Shown: positions 9,323 through 19,831 of the stretch, one piece after another
How positions within the stretch are numbered: position 1 is the first letter of the stretch
How the letters are laid out: every line of letters starts with the position of its first letter
IMG/VR virus record: IMGVR_UViG_3300042387_000725
Location: 1-64,000 of that record
DNA length: 64,000 nucleotides
Origin: a virus
Direction: 5' to 3' (one strand)
The notes under the pieces: model-generated
Seen by the model: only the letters and a program-made list of their open reading frames with translations
Told to the model about the DNA's origin: nothing
The model's database searches: none
Position numbers and translations under genes: made by a program

Positions 9323-9654
9323 TAAAATCTTACCCCATGCTTTTCTGGTCTAGTCTTGTTGAATTCCGTTTTTTGTTTAAGAATATAATCAAGTGATTCT
9401 CTAGTATACCCTGCTTCAACCATTCCTGCATATAGGTCTAGTGTACGAATAATAATGTCTGCAAATTCCTTAGCAATCTCTTCTCCACCCTTATCTTTAC
9501 GAACAGCCTCCATAACCTCAGTTACTTCTGAGACAATCATCATGCACTGCTTAGCAATAAAAATATCATTAACTGCATCATGATCTTCTGGGCTTCCCCA
9601 AAATCCTTTTTCTACTGCAATTTTGTGCAGGTCAATCGCTAACTGATCAAACAT
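9322..9654 (-). CDS. MazG-like NTP pyrophosphohydrolase
   Basis: SEVTEVMEA...EFADIIIR acidic motif; N..R..KHG end. Confidence 0.85.
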   Translation of the reverse strand: MFDQLAIDLHKIAVEKGFWGSPEDHDAVNDIFIAKQCMMIVSEVTEVMEAVRKDKGGEEIAKEFADIIIRTLDLYAGMVEAGYTRESLDYILKQKTEFNKTRPEKHGVRF

Positions 9655-12600
9655 TTACTACATCCTCCAATATAACTGTTCCGTCTTTAGTTTTACCCAA
9701 AGAAACCTTATAAACATTTCCTTCTTCAATTGTCATGTAAGCCTTAGAAAATGCTGTAGGAAATACAAGAACTGAATGAAGTTCTCTTCCAGCATCTGCC
9801 ACTACAAGGTTTGCCATCTTCTTACCTGCCTTTGTCATACGTGGCTTAAACGAAACTACAAACTGCTCTTCGCCTTTGTATGGTAACTGCTTGTAATTTA
9901 AAAACTTTACTAGTGCATCTTTAGATTCTTTTATACTGTCTGCTGGTATAGCATTTACAATTCTGTTGTCGCTAACAAGAATTAAATATGTTCTACCAGT
10001 TTCAATTGTTGTATTTTCATCATCAAAGATTCCAACACTACCAGTCTTATCTAAGAACTCAACTCTTGACCAACCTTTACCACGCTTAATTGACTTAATC
10101 ATTCCAAGCATAATAAATGATCCAGTCTCTTCATAGTCTTCTGCTTCTTGAATATAAGCATAATAATGTTGTGGAACTGTCATATTAAACTCAGGAAGAT
10201 TTAAATACTCGTAGAGATTTTCTTTAATCTCTTTGTCATTACGTGGGCTGTCTTCAAATGTTGCTGCACCAATGATTCGTAGTGCTTGAAGAGCACGAGA
10301 GTTAACTCCGTTTCCTTTAGTAAAAGTAAACTCCTCAAGTTCAGCGTATGACTTAAAAGGTCTAGCAGCCATGTATCTTTCAGCAATTTTATCGGAGATA
10401 AACTTAATCCCTGACAAACCAAAGCGTATACCCTTGCCTTCAATCTTAAAGTCAATATCTGACTCGTTAATGTGAGGTAGCTTAATGCTGATCCCCATTC
10501 TTTTTGCTTCAATAAGGTACTCAGTACGTGCATCTTTATCCTTCTCATTCTTTAATAGTGAATACATAAACTCTAGTGGGTAGTGATACTTCAGCCATGC
10601 TGTCCAGTAAGATAGTGTTGAGTATGCTACTGCGTGTGACTTATTAAATGAGTACCCTGCGTGGGCCTCAAAATCATGCCATAGATCTAAAGCTTGGTTT
10701 GGCGAAATATACGCAGATGCTCCAGAAACGAATCTATCTTTAAACTCATCAAACTCTTTAGCATCTTTTTTCTTTCCAATGATCTTTCTAACTTTATCTG
10801 CTTCCGACATGGACATACCGCCAAGGTGTACGCATGCTTGCATAACTTGTTCCTGGTAAAGAATACAGCCATAGGTTTCCTCCGTAAATGATTTAAGAAT
10901 CTGGTGCTTATACTCTGGGTTCTGACGACCATGCTTAATAGCAATATAATCTTTTCCAATTGTATTCATAGCACCTGGACGAACTAGAGCATTTGATGCA
11001 GCAAGCTCTTCAAGATTTTTTACACGCATCTTAACAAGAAGGTTTGTGTATGGTGCTGCTTCACACTGGAATACACCTTTTGTATAGCCATCAGATAGCA
11101 TGCTATATACATTAGCATCATCCATATTAATCTTTAATAGGTCAATCTTAGTTCCTTCACGGTCTTTAATAATGTCAATGCAATCTTTAAGTACCGTCAA
11201 AGTTTTTAGACCCAAAGCATCAATCTTAATTAGACCAATGTTTTCAGCCTCACCCATATCAACCGCAACAACAGGAATACGCTCATCACTGCCAGTAACA
11301 GAACGTGTTTCCATTGGTGCGTACCTAAAAATAGGATCTTTACTAGTGACAACACCAGCAGCATGAATGCCAGTACCCTTAATACGTCCACGTAATTGTT
11401 CACCATATACCTCCACCTCTGGATATTTTTCTCTAAACCATTGTGCATTTCTAGATGTACAGTACTCATCCCAAGTATCAATTTGCTTATTTACTTTGTT
11501 TGCATCTGCAAGTGGTATATTCAGTACACGAGAAACATCTTTAACAATATTTTTATCTTTAAACTGTAAGAATGTTGCAATTGAAGCGACATGACGATAT
11601 TGTCTAACTAGATAATCTTTTACCTCATCACGACGATTATCCTGAATGTCAGAATCAATATCTGGAAAGTCATTACGGTCAGGGTTAATGAATCGGAAAA
11701 ACAAAAGACCATGCTTAATTGGATCAATATCTGTTATTCCAAGTGCATAGCAAAGCAATGATCCTGCAGCAGAACCACGACCTGGGCCAACCATAATGCC
11801 TTCTTTTTTTGCCCAGTTAAGCATGCTACGCACAACTAGAAAGTAAGGACCAAAGTTCTTTTCTCCAATAATTTTTAATTCTTCTTCAAGACGGTCAAGA
11901 TATTCTTGATTAGACTCTAGTCCACGCTCAGTTAATCCCTCAATAGCAAGAGTTTTAAGTTCTTGCATAGGCTTCTTATATTGAACTGGAAGCAGATCAA
12001 GTCCAGATTTAATATCGTAGTCTTCAATCTTATCTGCAATCTCAATAGAGCTTATAAACATTTCTTCATCAGTGTGACCTTGTTCTGCCATTGCAGATTT
12101 CATCTCTTCATATGAGAGTAGGTGAATGTCAAAGGTACGAAAAGACATTTGACGGTCTGCACCATATAGATAATCAAGGCGTTCCATCATGTTATCAATC
12201 TTCTTTGATTTATCAAAGGTTGAATCCTTTTGAACTTTACCGTGGGTATTTAGCAGGAGCATCATCTCCTGAATTTCTTTTTGGCTTGTATCTGCATGGT
12301 GACAGTCAGGTGTGACTACAACCTTAACATCAAATGCCTTTGCAAGAGCAACAAGTTCATCATTAATATTCTTTGGGTTGTGTGGCATGAGTTCAATGTA
12401 GAAGTCATCCTTGAAACGATTTTTAAACCATTGAACTTTTTCTTTGGCAAAAGCATACTCTTCATTCTCAATAGCTTTTGCAATCAGTCCACCTTGACAA
12501 GCAGACAAAACAATTAGGCCATCTCCATATTGATCTAGCACTTCAAAGTCAATACGTGGTTTACGATAAAAGCCATCTGTCCATGAAATCTCATTTAGTT

Positions 12601-12922
12601 TATTAAGGTTTTCTAAACCTTTTTGGTTCTTGGCAAGAAGAACTATATGGAAGTAGTTGACATCAAGTGGACCTACCCTTTCGGACTTATCCCTTTTATC
12701 ATGTCTATCTAATGCCAAATAGCCTTCTATGCCAAGAATTGGCTTGATGCCCTTTGCTTTTGCAATTCGGTACAGCTCCCGATGCCCAGATAAGGTTCCG
12801 TGATCTGTGATAGCCAATGCTGGCATACCAAGTTCAACTGCTCGGTCAATATATTCTTCTGGAGTAGCAACACCATCCATCAATGAATAGTGTGTATGGA
12901 CATGCAAGCCTACGTAATTCAC
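9647..12922 (-). CDS. dnaE: DNA polymerase III alpha subunit
   Basis: PHP domain LHVHTHYS..DG and AITDHG, GRGSAAGS, catalytic PDIDSD, HAAG, KIDALGL, GYSFNKSHA, C-terminal OB folds. Confidence 0.96.
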   Translation of the reverse strand: MNYVGLHVHTHYSLMDGVATPEEYIDRAVELGMPALAITDHGTLSGHRELYRIAKAKGIKPILGIEGYLALDRHDKRDKSERVGPLDVNYFHIVLLAKNQKGLENLNKLNEISWTDGFYRKPRIDFEVLDQYGDGLIVLSACQGGLIAKAIENEEYAFAKEKVQWFKNRFKDDFYIELMPHNPKNINDELVALAKAFDVKVVVTPDCHHADTSQKEIQEMMLLLNTHGKVQKDSTFDKSKKIDNMMERLDYLYGADRQMSFRTFDIHLLSYEEMKSAMAEQGHTDEEMFISSIEIADKIEDYDIKSGLDLLPVQYKKPMQELKTLAIEGLTERGLESNQEYLDRLEEELKIIGEKNFGPYFLVVRSMLNWAKKEGIMVGPGRGSAAGSLLCYALGITDIDPIKHGLLFFRFINPDRNDFPDIDSDIQDNRRDEVKDYLVRQYRHVASIATFLQFKDKNIVKDVSRVLNIPLADANKVNKQIDTWDEYCTSRNAQWFREKYPEVEVYGEQLRGRIKGTGIHAAGVVTSKDPIFRYAPMETRSVTGSDERIPVVAVDMGEAENIGLIKIDALGLKTLTVLKDCIDIIKDREGTKIDLLKINMDDANVYSMLSDGYTKGVFQCEAAPYTNLLVKMRVKNLEELAASNALVRPGAMNTIGKDYIAIKHGRQNPEYKHQILKSFTEETYGCILYQEQVMQACVHLGGMSMSEADKVRKIIGKKKDAKEFDEFKDRFVSGASAYISPNQALDLWHDFEAHAGYSFNKSHAVAYSTLSYWTAWLKYHYPLEFMYSLLKNEKDKDARTEYLIEAKRMGISIKLPHINESDIDFKIEGKGIRFGLSGIKFISDKIAERYMAARPFKSYAELEEFTFTKGNGVNSRALQALRIIGAATFEDSPRNDKEIKENLYEYLNLPEFNMTVPQHYYAYIQEAEDYEETGSFIMLGMIKSIKRGKGWSRVEFLDKTGSVGIFDDENTTIETGRTYLILVSDNRIVNAIPADSIKESKDALVKFLNYKQLPYKGEEQFVVSFKPRMTKAGKKMANLVVADAGRELHSVLVFPTAFSKAYMTIEEGNVYKVSLGKTKDGTVILEDVVNV

Positions 12923-12930
12923 CTAGGCGA

Positions 12931-13584
12931 TTACCAATCCATGTTTGTGGATGTAGTGCCTGGTGTGTCAAAGCCTAGATAAAAGGCTTCTTGTTCAGCA
13001 TAAGGAATCTTGTTGAGTGCCTTCTCTAGTGGGAATGGTTCAACTGTTGCCCAATCAAATGGTTCCTTATCTGGACCACCTGGAATAAGTGTGTATGATG
13101 TTTCAGTTCCCTGACCATTACGCTTCACCTTCCAAGTAAGATTTGAAATACTGCCTGTCTCCAGTGCATATTCACGAATAGTATTAAATGCAGATTGCTT
13201 GCTAACACCCATTGACCAAATAGCCACATATGGTGCTTCAATGCCGTCATCTACAAGTACATTGCAATAGAAGCGAAGACGTGCTCTCCAGCCAGCCTTT
13301 GGATCCTTGCGGTGCATCTCTTCTGCCCAGTCACGACCTTCTGTATCCATTGTGTCTACAGCCTTACGCTTATAGTCCTTTGGATTTGTGTGCTCTGAAA
13401 CTACAAGAGCAAGACCACGATCTGCATTATAGTTTGCTGAGTCTTCGTCAAGTTCTTCAATAAAGCGAATCTTTACTGACTGTCCATCAGCAAGCTTGAG
13501 CCAACGAACCTTGCTGCCTGTGCCTTCATACTTGGGCTTATCTACCAATGCGTTGATATTTTTTAGTCCCTTTACAATAGCCAT
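12931..13584 (-). CDS. Single-stranded DNA-binding protein (gp32-like OB fold)
   Basis: WLKL.DG..VKIRF, KVKRNGQG.ET.Y, acidic/aromatic C-terminus; position between primase and DnaE. Confidence 0.7.
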   Translation of the reverse strand: MAIVKGLKNINALVDKPKYEGTGSKVRWLKLADGQSVKIRFIEELDEDSANYNADRGLALVVSEHTNPKDYKRKAVDTMDTEGRDWAEEMHRKDPKAGWRARLRFYCNVLVDDGIEAPYVAIWSMGVSKQSAFNTIREYALETGSISNLTWKVKRNGQGTETSYTLIPGGPDKEPFDWATVEPFPLEKALNKIPYAEQEAFYLGFDTPGTTSTNMDW

Positions 13585-13613
13585 TTTATTTTCTCCTATA
13601 TGTTTGTTATGTT

Positions 13614-14540
13614 TTATTTTAGCATGGCGATGATTGAATTGTCAAACTGGAACTCCAACCTTTTAATTGCCTCATCATCCATGTCGCCTATGTCTTTATA
13701 TTTTTTATCTAGCTGTATTACTGTAACAAGGTGGCCTAGTTTTTCAACTAGTTTATCTTTCATGATAGATCCAGCCTCATCATTATCTGCAACAAGCACA
13801 ACATTGTTGAAGTACTTTTCTAACAGTTTAATCTGTGATACAGATACGTTAGCACCCAGTGTTGCAACTGCTGGGAAACCTACTTGATCCAGTCTGATAG
13901 CATCAAATGATGATTCAACTACATAGACTGTTGTTGATGTTTTAACTCTGTGCAAGTTAAAAAGAATTTTACTCTTTGGAAGTCCTGGAGTATTTTTAAA
14001 ATCTTTACCTTCAACTGTTCTTGCAACAAAACCAATACACATTCCGTCTGGAGTGGCCATTGGTATTGTGACTGAATCTTGTTTTTCTGAATAGCCTAGA
14101 TTAAATTTTATCACAGAATCTTTTGTAATGCTGCGACCTTCAAAATATCTCATTGCCCTTGGTGATTCAAGTGCCTGATTATTTAATCTTTTAATTAGTA
14201 GTTCATCATACTGAACAAAATCTGCTGGAGCATATAAAGCTTTATCAATTACAGAAGATATATTTAATTCTTGCTCTTTGCTTTTAATATAGCGAACTGC
14301 CTCAAAGTATGTTCTATTTGACATAAACATAATTAGTTCAACTAGATTTTTAGTTACTTGACAGCCAAAGCAAAAGAACAATCCAGATTCTTTTGAAACT
14401 TCTCCTGCAGGTGTTCTATTATTATTGTGATAAGGACAAAAGATAATAAAGTCAGAGCCAAACTCTGCTTCAATGTCAATGCCTGCACCATTTAGCACAC
14501 GACGAATTTGATCTTCTGAATATATATCTTTACTTGCCAT
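13614..14540 (-). CDS. DNA primase (CHC2 zinc finger + TOPRIM)
   Basis: CPYH...FFCFGC, VVESSFDA, ADND..G, KDIGD; start moved to MASKDIY, which overlaps the helicase stop. Confidence 0.9.
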   Translation of the reverse strand: MASKDIYSEDQIRRVLNGAGIDIEAEFGSDFIIFCPYHNNNRTPAGEVSKESGLFFCFGCQVTKNLVELIMFMSNRTYFEAVRYIKSKEQELNISSVIDKALYAPADFVQYDELLIKRLNNQALESPRAMRYFEGRSITKDSVIKFNLGYSEKQDSVTIPMATPDGMCIGFVARTVEGKDFKNTPGLPKSKILFNLHRVKTSTTVYVVESSFDAIRLDQVGFPAVATLGANVSVSQIKLLEKYFNNVVLVADNDEAGSIMKDKLVEKLGHLVTVIQLDKKYKDIGDMDDEAIKRLEFQFDNSIIAMLK

Positions 14541-15753
14541 CTTCAAAATCCTTGTATCTGTAATAACCTTTATCAAAATCACACTGCACCAAGAAGTCTC
14601 CCATAAAACCATTACGGTTCTTTCTAAATGCACATTCAATAATGTCAGAGTTTGTTCCACGACCTAATGCAAGCACCCAGTCAGCATCATAAGCAATCTG
14701 TCTAGACCATGCAGTTTGAGCCAATGTAGGCACTGTAGAAAGGTCTTTAACGTCATCTGGTGTAGCAGAGGAGATAGCAATAATAGGAACCTCTTCACTA
14801 ATAGCCATTAGCTTTAGCTCACGAGAAAGATTTTTCATCTTTACCGTTTCATTATCTGCCTTTTGATTTGGATTCATAAGTTGAAGATAATCTACTACAA
14901 CGAAGTCAGGCTTGTACTGGTCAATCTTTCCACGAATAACTGATGGTGTTACTTCTCCACCACTATCATTTGAGATAATGTGAAATGGTGGACGACCATC
15001 TAATTTAGATGCATGCCACTTCTTCATCATTTCAAGTTCTACTTCACCATTTGATAATTTACGATGTGACCATAGGCCCTCTCCCATAATTGTGTATGCT
15101 CTATTACGAACTTCTGTCTCGCTCATTTCAAGGGATATGATTAATGGTGTCTTGCCTTGCTTCCATGCTTGCACTGCAAAGTATAGAGCCATCCATGACT
15201 TTCCAATACCTGGGTATGCAAGGAATACTCCTAGTTGTCCTGGCATGATTCCAGATGGTAGATAGTTATCAAAACCTGGCAATCCAGTCTTAATACCTCT
15301 ATGTCCAGCAGCCTGATCTGCTTTTACTTGTTCAAAGTAAGCAATTGCAGAATCAATATCTGTTGCATCAATATCACGAATAGCAGAAGTGTTTTTCTTT
15401 AATTCAGATGTTTTTGTAATTAGCTCTTCAAGTGCTGTAACTCCTTGTCCAGACTGAACTTCTCCAGCAGCAGAGCGCAAAATATCTTTTAGGCTATCAT
15501 TAAGATATTCTGTTTGTAATTCTTCTAAGTGATGTTTTGTTGCTCCAACACCTGCAACAGGAGTGAAGTCTCTAAACTTTTCTACAACTAATGATGTTGG
15601 TGGAACTGTTCCATTATTTTCTGCATACAGTCTAATGAAGTTCCATAAATCATTATGAGTTCTCATGAGTGTTTCTACATTTGCCTGTAGTAATACGTGC
15701 AGTTGCTTATCTTCAAGTACCGCAGATATTACCTTAGCTTCTGTATTATTCAC
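14530..15753 (-). CDS. dnaB: Replicative DnaB-like helicase
   Basis: AYPGIGKS, SLEM, VVVDYLQL, QIAYDAD, KNRNG. Confidence 0.93.
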   Translation of the reverse strand: MNNTEAKVISAVLEDKQLHVLLQANVETLMRTHNDLWNFIRLYAENNGTVPPTSLVVEKFRDFTPVAGVGATKHHLEELQTEYLNDSLKDILRSAAGEVQSGQGVTALEELITKTSELKKNTSAIRDIDATDIDSAIAYFEQVKADQAAGHRGIKTGLPGFDNYLPSGIMPGQLGVFLAYPGIGKSWMALYFAVQAWKQGKTPLIISLEMSETEVRNRAYTIMGEGLWSHRKLSNGEVELEMMKKWHASKLDGRPPFHIISNDSGGEVTPSVIRGKIDQYKPDFVVVDYLQLMNPNQKADNETVKMKNLSRELKLMAISEEVPIIAISSATPDDVKDLSTVPTLAQTAWSRQIAYDADWVLALGRGTNSDIIECAFRKNRNGFMGDFLVQCDFDKGYYRYKDFEDGK

Positions 15754-16054
15754 TTAACCACTCTTTCGCTTTTAATCTTAGTTCTGCTCTTTGTTTAATG
15801 TCTTCTTCTACTTCTAGTTTACCATTAAGAATTTTTTCTGCATTGTATGCAAAGTAATTCCAGTTAGGGTCCTGTGCAATACTAAAGTAATACTCTAGCA
15901 AATCGTAGCACTGTGACACCCCATATGATTCAATGAGTCCATCTGCAGCCCACTGTTCAACGTTTAGATTGATATTAGACTTACGCTCATATCGTTGCGT
16001 ATAAAATTTATTGTAGCGACTGAGCAAAGCCATTCGGTCTTTGCGATCAGCCAT
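15746..16054 (-). CDS. Hypothetical protein (replication module)
   Basis: Translationally coupled ORF upstream of the helicase. Confidence 0.7.
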   Translation of the reverse strand: MADRKDRMALLSRYNKFYTQRYERKSNINLNVEQWAADGLIESYGVSQCYDLLEYYFSIAQDPNWNYFAYNAEKILNGKLEVEEDIKQRAELRLKAKEWLSE

Positions 16055-16263
16055 TAGCCTTCAGAAGCTTCTTCTTGTGCTTCCTTAATCTTTTCTGTAA
16101 GCTTGTCTTCTACAAACTTATAGACACGATTAAAAGCCTGGTCTACTGTTTCTCCATTACGTGCACTATCTGAAACACCAAGGTCAAGTCTTAATGATTG
16201 AAAGTTTCCTAGATTAAGAGTATAGCCAAGTGTTACATTTACTTTAGTTGAATCGTTTTCCAT
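16054..16263 (-). CDS. Conserved small phage protein
   Basis: V.LGYTLNLGNFQSLRLD motif; coupled ORF. Confidence 0.7.
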   Translation of the reverse strand: MENDSTKVNVTLGYTLNLGNFQSLRLDLGVSDSARNGETVDQAFNRVYKFVEDKLTEKIKEAQEEASEG

Positions 16264-16281
16264 TACCCACCCATTTCTATT

Positions 16282-16824
16282 TTAAATATTCTCAGACCAG
16301 ACTGGAATATATCTTCCATCTTCTGTTCTCGTATATGTAAGTATACCGTCTCCCATTCGCCGTGTCAATTCTTGGCTTGTAGGAGTCATATTATTTGTTA
16401 TTAATTTGTCTTTTCTTGGTTGTCCAATATGTATAGTAGAAAGTATAGCACGTATATCCCTTACCATGCTTTCTGAATAATAAGATCTTATTTGCCAACC
16501 ACGAACACCATCTAATCTTGCTCCAACTGGTGGAGGTATTACTCCATTTTTTATTAGCTTAGGCATATATTTTCTATGACGATTAACTAACTTAGCAGTC
16601 TCTGTAACAGTATATGCTCTTTCTCTATTTTTTCTAAAATCAGAACGCATGCATGTTTCTAAACGATCTTTTGTTATATTATAAACAGAAACTAATCCAG
16701 TAGATCTTGAGCTATGGTGAAGCCTAACCAAGTCTCCATTTAAAAACCATATTTTTTGATTACCTTTAATTACAGCGTCGTTATTGTAAGCTTCACTCTG
16801 GATAATTCCTTTGCCAGTAGCCAT
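16282..16824 (-). CDS. MerR-like HTH DNA-binding protein
   Basis: AYTVTETAKLVNRH...GVIPPP...RSYYSE pattern. Confidence 0.65.
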   Translation of the reverse strand: MATGKGIIQSEAYNNDAVIKGNQKIWFLNGDLVRLHHSSRSTGLVSVYNITKDRLETCMRSDFRKNRERAYTVTETAKLVNRHRKYMPKLIKNGVIPPPVGARLDGVRGWQIRSYYSESMVRDIRAILSTIHIGQPRKDKLITNNMTPTSQELTRRMGDGILTYTRTEDGRYIPVWSENI

Positions 16825-16958
16825 CTGCCTTTTTCACTTTCTGTAGGTGGATGAAAAAAAGATCTTAGTCCACAAGAAATGCAGTATGTTTCTATATGCA
16901 TAACGCTTGTATACTGTCTATCAACAAATACTCTTCCTTTACATTTGATGCAAGTCAT
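16770..16958 (-). CDS. Small zinc-ribbon protein
   Basis: CIKCKG...CISCG. Confidence 0.6.
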   Translation of the reverse strand: MTCIKCKGRVFVDRQYTSVMHIETYCISCGLRSFFHPPTESEKGRWLLAKELSRVKLTITTL

Positions 16959-16973
16959 GTTTTTACTTTATCC

Positions 16974-17414
16974 TTAGTTTGGAATTCCAACAATGACTAA
17001 ATGTACAGCTAAAGATAAGTCTCCAGAAGATCCAAATCTTACAACTCCTTCAACTCTTGAAGTTGTTACCGTTTTTAAAATAACATTTACATTTTGCCCT
17101 GCTGGTGTCTGGCCAATATTTACTGCTGTTGCTGAAACAATTGGAGCATACTTAAAATCACTAAAGTCATATGTGAATGTTTTTTCATTTCCAGAAGACA
17201 CTGTTGAGTTATTTGCAACCTCAACATATCCTCCGATAACTCTAGTCTCAGATGTTTTAATGTTTTGTTTTCCAGCACTAACTGTATCAATTGTTGTATA
17301 GTTATATGTTGCTGAAGATATTTGAGTAGACAAATCATTAACTGCATCAACTAAACTATACAGATATGTAACATCAAGAGGTTGCCCTCTTTCTGGTAAA
17401 GGTACTTTAGCCAT
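16974..17414 (-). CDS. Small tail-associated protein (H-type lectin/gp53-like C-terminal fold)
   Basis: F...F...P.V.AT...VT...V..V.VG beta pattern; AGGAG RBS; own promoter at 17432-17440. Confidence 0.45.
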   Translation of the reverse strand: MAKVPLPERGQPLDVTYLYSLVDAVNDLSTQISSATYNYTTIDTVSAGKQNIKTSETRVIGGYVEVANNSTVSSGNEKTFTYDFSDFKYAPIVSATAVNIGQTPAGQNVNVILKTVTTSRVEGVVRFGSSGDLSLAVHLVIVGIPN

Positions 17415-17432
17415 AATTTTCTCCTATTTTCA

Positions 17433-17858
17433 TTATACCAAAGATTCTATTCCTGAATCATAGATCTGAAGATTTTCGTTTAACTCTTTTTTGGAAGATT
17501 CCACCTGAATAATTACACGAATATTAATTGTACCAGTATTGATAACAGAATATGTATGTATTGGAGACGTTCCATGATAAACTGGAGTTGAAGAATCAAA
17601 ACCAACAAATACATCATATTTTGGCCTATTAACTTCATCCCCCCAAACAATTGTAGTTATTGCAGGTGAGACATTGATTGCCCCAGATACGGTGACAATA
17701 GAATCGTCTATAACTAAATTTATTGGAGACCACTGTGAAGTTCTATTTTTATCCTCAGAGATTATTCTATATTTAAAAATATATGAAAGGCTATCAAAAG
17801 CTATTGCAGGAAGGCTTTGTTTTTTTATAATTACTTTTTTAATTCCTTTATCTGCCAT
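17433..17858 (-). CDS. Putative minor tail protein
   Basis: Coupled to the tail-tip operon; beta-rich. Confidence 0.55.
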   Translation of the reverse strand: MADKGIKKVIIKKQSLPAIAFDSLSYIFKYRIISEDKNRTSQWSPINLVIDDSIVTVSGAINVSPAITTIVWGDEVNRPKYDVFVGFDSSTPVYHGTSPIHTYSVINTGTINIRVIIQVESSKKELNENLQIYDSGIESLV

Positions 17859-19030
17859 TATGAAACAGTTCCCCCAGATACGTCTACAGAAAATCTAAAC
17901 TCAATATAATTGTTAGTGTTTGGACTTTTAACAACAGTAGATGCACTTGAATTTTGAATAACTGAATATCCTGTTAATCCATATAGAGGATTAACTGTTC
18001 CAATATTTTCTAGTCTAAGCGAGTCTAAAGATACATAAAAATTTCCAGTTGGGGTTTCTGAGTTGTTGTTTCTTTCAAGAACACAAGCATATATTTTAAC
18101 AACAGTAACAGCATTCCATGTAAAGTTTGGACTTGTAATAAGCTCTTGTAGTTGTTTTTTAACAACAAAATATCTTTCTGTAGAAAAATCATACTCTCCA
18201 CCACTAGAATCATCTACAACTTCTGCTTCAAATCTTGCAAATTCTGCATTTTGAGATTCTGTTGATGCAAACTCAATTAATACTCTTACCGCTTCTGGCG
18301 TTTGTATTGATTCTCCATCTCTATTTACCAAAGAAAAAGCCAGTCTTAGCTCATCCACTGGTGAGTTTCTTGTAAAATCAAGAGTTGTTCCAGTTAGATG
18401 TATGTGATTTGAGCCAGACTCTACAACAAATGTATTTTGAGAATCTCCGCTTTCTTCACTTAGAGTTATATTTGATTCATCTCCAGCTATCAAAATTACA
18501 TTATTTAAAAATCTTGAAGGCTCATACCTTTCAAATCTTGGAGACTTAGAAAATATTGGATTGTCTGCTGTAGCTTGAAAAACAGGGACAGGAATTGAAA
18601 TAATATTGTTGTTTGCAGGAGCATCAAGTGCTGCTAAGTAAGTAGCAAGTCCTGATACTGAATTTTCAGCATGGTATTGCCAATTTTCTGTTTGTGTAAA
18701 GGCAAATATAGTTTTGCTATCATATGATCCAGCAGAAGGATTTGATCCTGCGGAATATAGACCTACCTCTGTTATCTCATATCTTTCTTCTGTAGGTAAT
18801 TCTGCGGTAAGAACAATTTTATCCATACCGTTTTCATTTACAAAACCTCTTGAAGATATTGGAACACGAAACATTTCAAAGTCCAAATTTGTTTTTGTGG
18901 AATAATCACCAACAATATCTCCAGTAGCAAATGGCTTTGCCCCGCAGCCAACAGCTATATAGGATGCAAAAGCTGGAGCCTGTCCAAGAAGATATTTAGC
19001 AATAATATTTTTGCCAGTATTAGTTATCAT
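17858..19030 (-). CDS. Putative minor tail/baseplate protein
   Basis: MITNTGKNIIAKYL...YIAVGCG...ITEVGL pattern like tail-collar N-termini; position after the hub. Confidence 0.6.
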   Translation of the reverse strand: MITNTGKNIIAKYLLGQAPAFASYIAVGCGAKPFATGDIVGDYSTKTNLDFEMFRVPISSRGFVNENGMDKIVLTAELPTEERYEITEVGLYSAGSNPSAGSYDSKTIFAFTQTENWQYHAENSVSGLATYLAALDAPANNNIISIPVPVFQATADNPIFSKSPRFERYEPSRFLNNVILIAGDESNITLSEESGDSQNTFVVESGSNHIHLTGTTLDFTRNSPVDELRLAFSLVNRDGESIQTPEAVRVLIEFASTESQNAEFARFEAEVVDDSSGGEYDFSTERYFVVKKQLQELITSPNFTWNAVTVVKIYACVLERNNNSETPTGNFYVSLDSLRLENIGTVNPLYGLTGYSVIQNSSASTVVKSPNTNNYIEFRFSVDVSGGTVS

Positions 19031-19830
19031 TATTCGTACTCTCCAAGATTCGCTTCATATATTGTACCATTTAAAGTTATCTGAGTTTCTACTTGCTCAT
19101 CATCATTAAGATTAATAAGCTCAATAACTAAGTCACCATTTTCTTCCAGATAGACATTTTTACCATTTGCGCCATTTCCTTGGTTTGGAATTTTGTCTTC
19201 TAGTTTTATTGAAAATCCAGCAAAATACTTATCAGATGTCTGCTGTAGTCCAAGTATGTTATTGGGGTTGTACTGTTGCTGAATGCTTGATAAATTTTTA
19301 ATTGGCTGATATATAATTTTTTGCCCATTAACAATATCTGATCTAACTATACTTATTAATTCTTGGCCACCAATATTTTCAAATATTAAATCAGACATTA
19401 CCTCAATTGGTACAGCCTCTTCATCAAATAAAATAATGTCTGGTGTTGCAGTTTTTATTGCTGGCGGTGGTGAAAAGGAAGGAATATTGTTATTTTGAGG
19501 AACATAAGGTGTTGCACTTACTGTAGCTGATTTTAGATCTGGCTCTGGCTCTACCTGCTTTGGTGGCGCAGGAGGGCCATAGTGTCCTTGTTTTGGTGAT
19601 TCACTCGCTGCTTGATTTGCTGCGGCAGCTTTTGCCCAAGGTGTATCTGAACCAAATTGCGAATTTGATCCTGATGTACTTGGTGTACTAGTAGAGGGAG
19701 CTGACTTTGTTGCTGGCGGTGGTGTAGGAGGACCGTAGTGTGCTTGCTTTGGTGATTCACTCGTTGGTTGATTTGCAGCAACTGCTTTTGCCCATGGAGT
19801 ATTTGAACCAAACTGAGAGTCTCTAGGCAT
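19030..19830 (-). CDS. Tail-region protein with duplicated Pro/Ser-rich N-terminal repeat
   Basis: Two copies of SQFGS[ND]TPWAKA.AANQ..SESPKQ.HYGPP; globular C-terminus (IKTATPDIILFD...LIFENIGGQELI). Confidence 0.7.
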   Translation of the reverse strand: MPRDSQFGSNTPWAKAVAANQPTSESPKQAHYGPPTPPPATKSAPSTSTPSTSGSNSQFGSDTPWAKAAAANQAASESPKQGHYGPPAPPKQVEPEPDLKSATVSATPYVPQNNNIPSFSPPPAIKTATPDIILFDEEAVPIEVMSDLIFENIGGQELISIVRSDIVNGQKIIYQPIKNLSSIQQQYNPNNILGLQQTSDKYFAGFSIKLEDKIPNQGNGANGKNVYLEENGDLVIELINLNDDEQVETQITLNGTIYEANLGEYE

Positions 19831-19831
19831 C

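Noticed and set aside
9647-12922. Inteins or introns in DnaE (also checked by eye: terL, DnaB, RecA, NrdJ)
   Set aside because: Lengths are ordinary, motifs are contiguous, and no splice-junction or LAGLIDADG signatures were seen.
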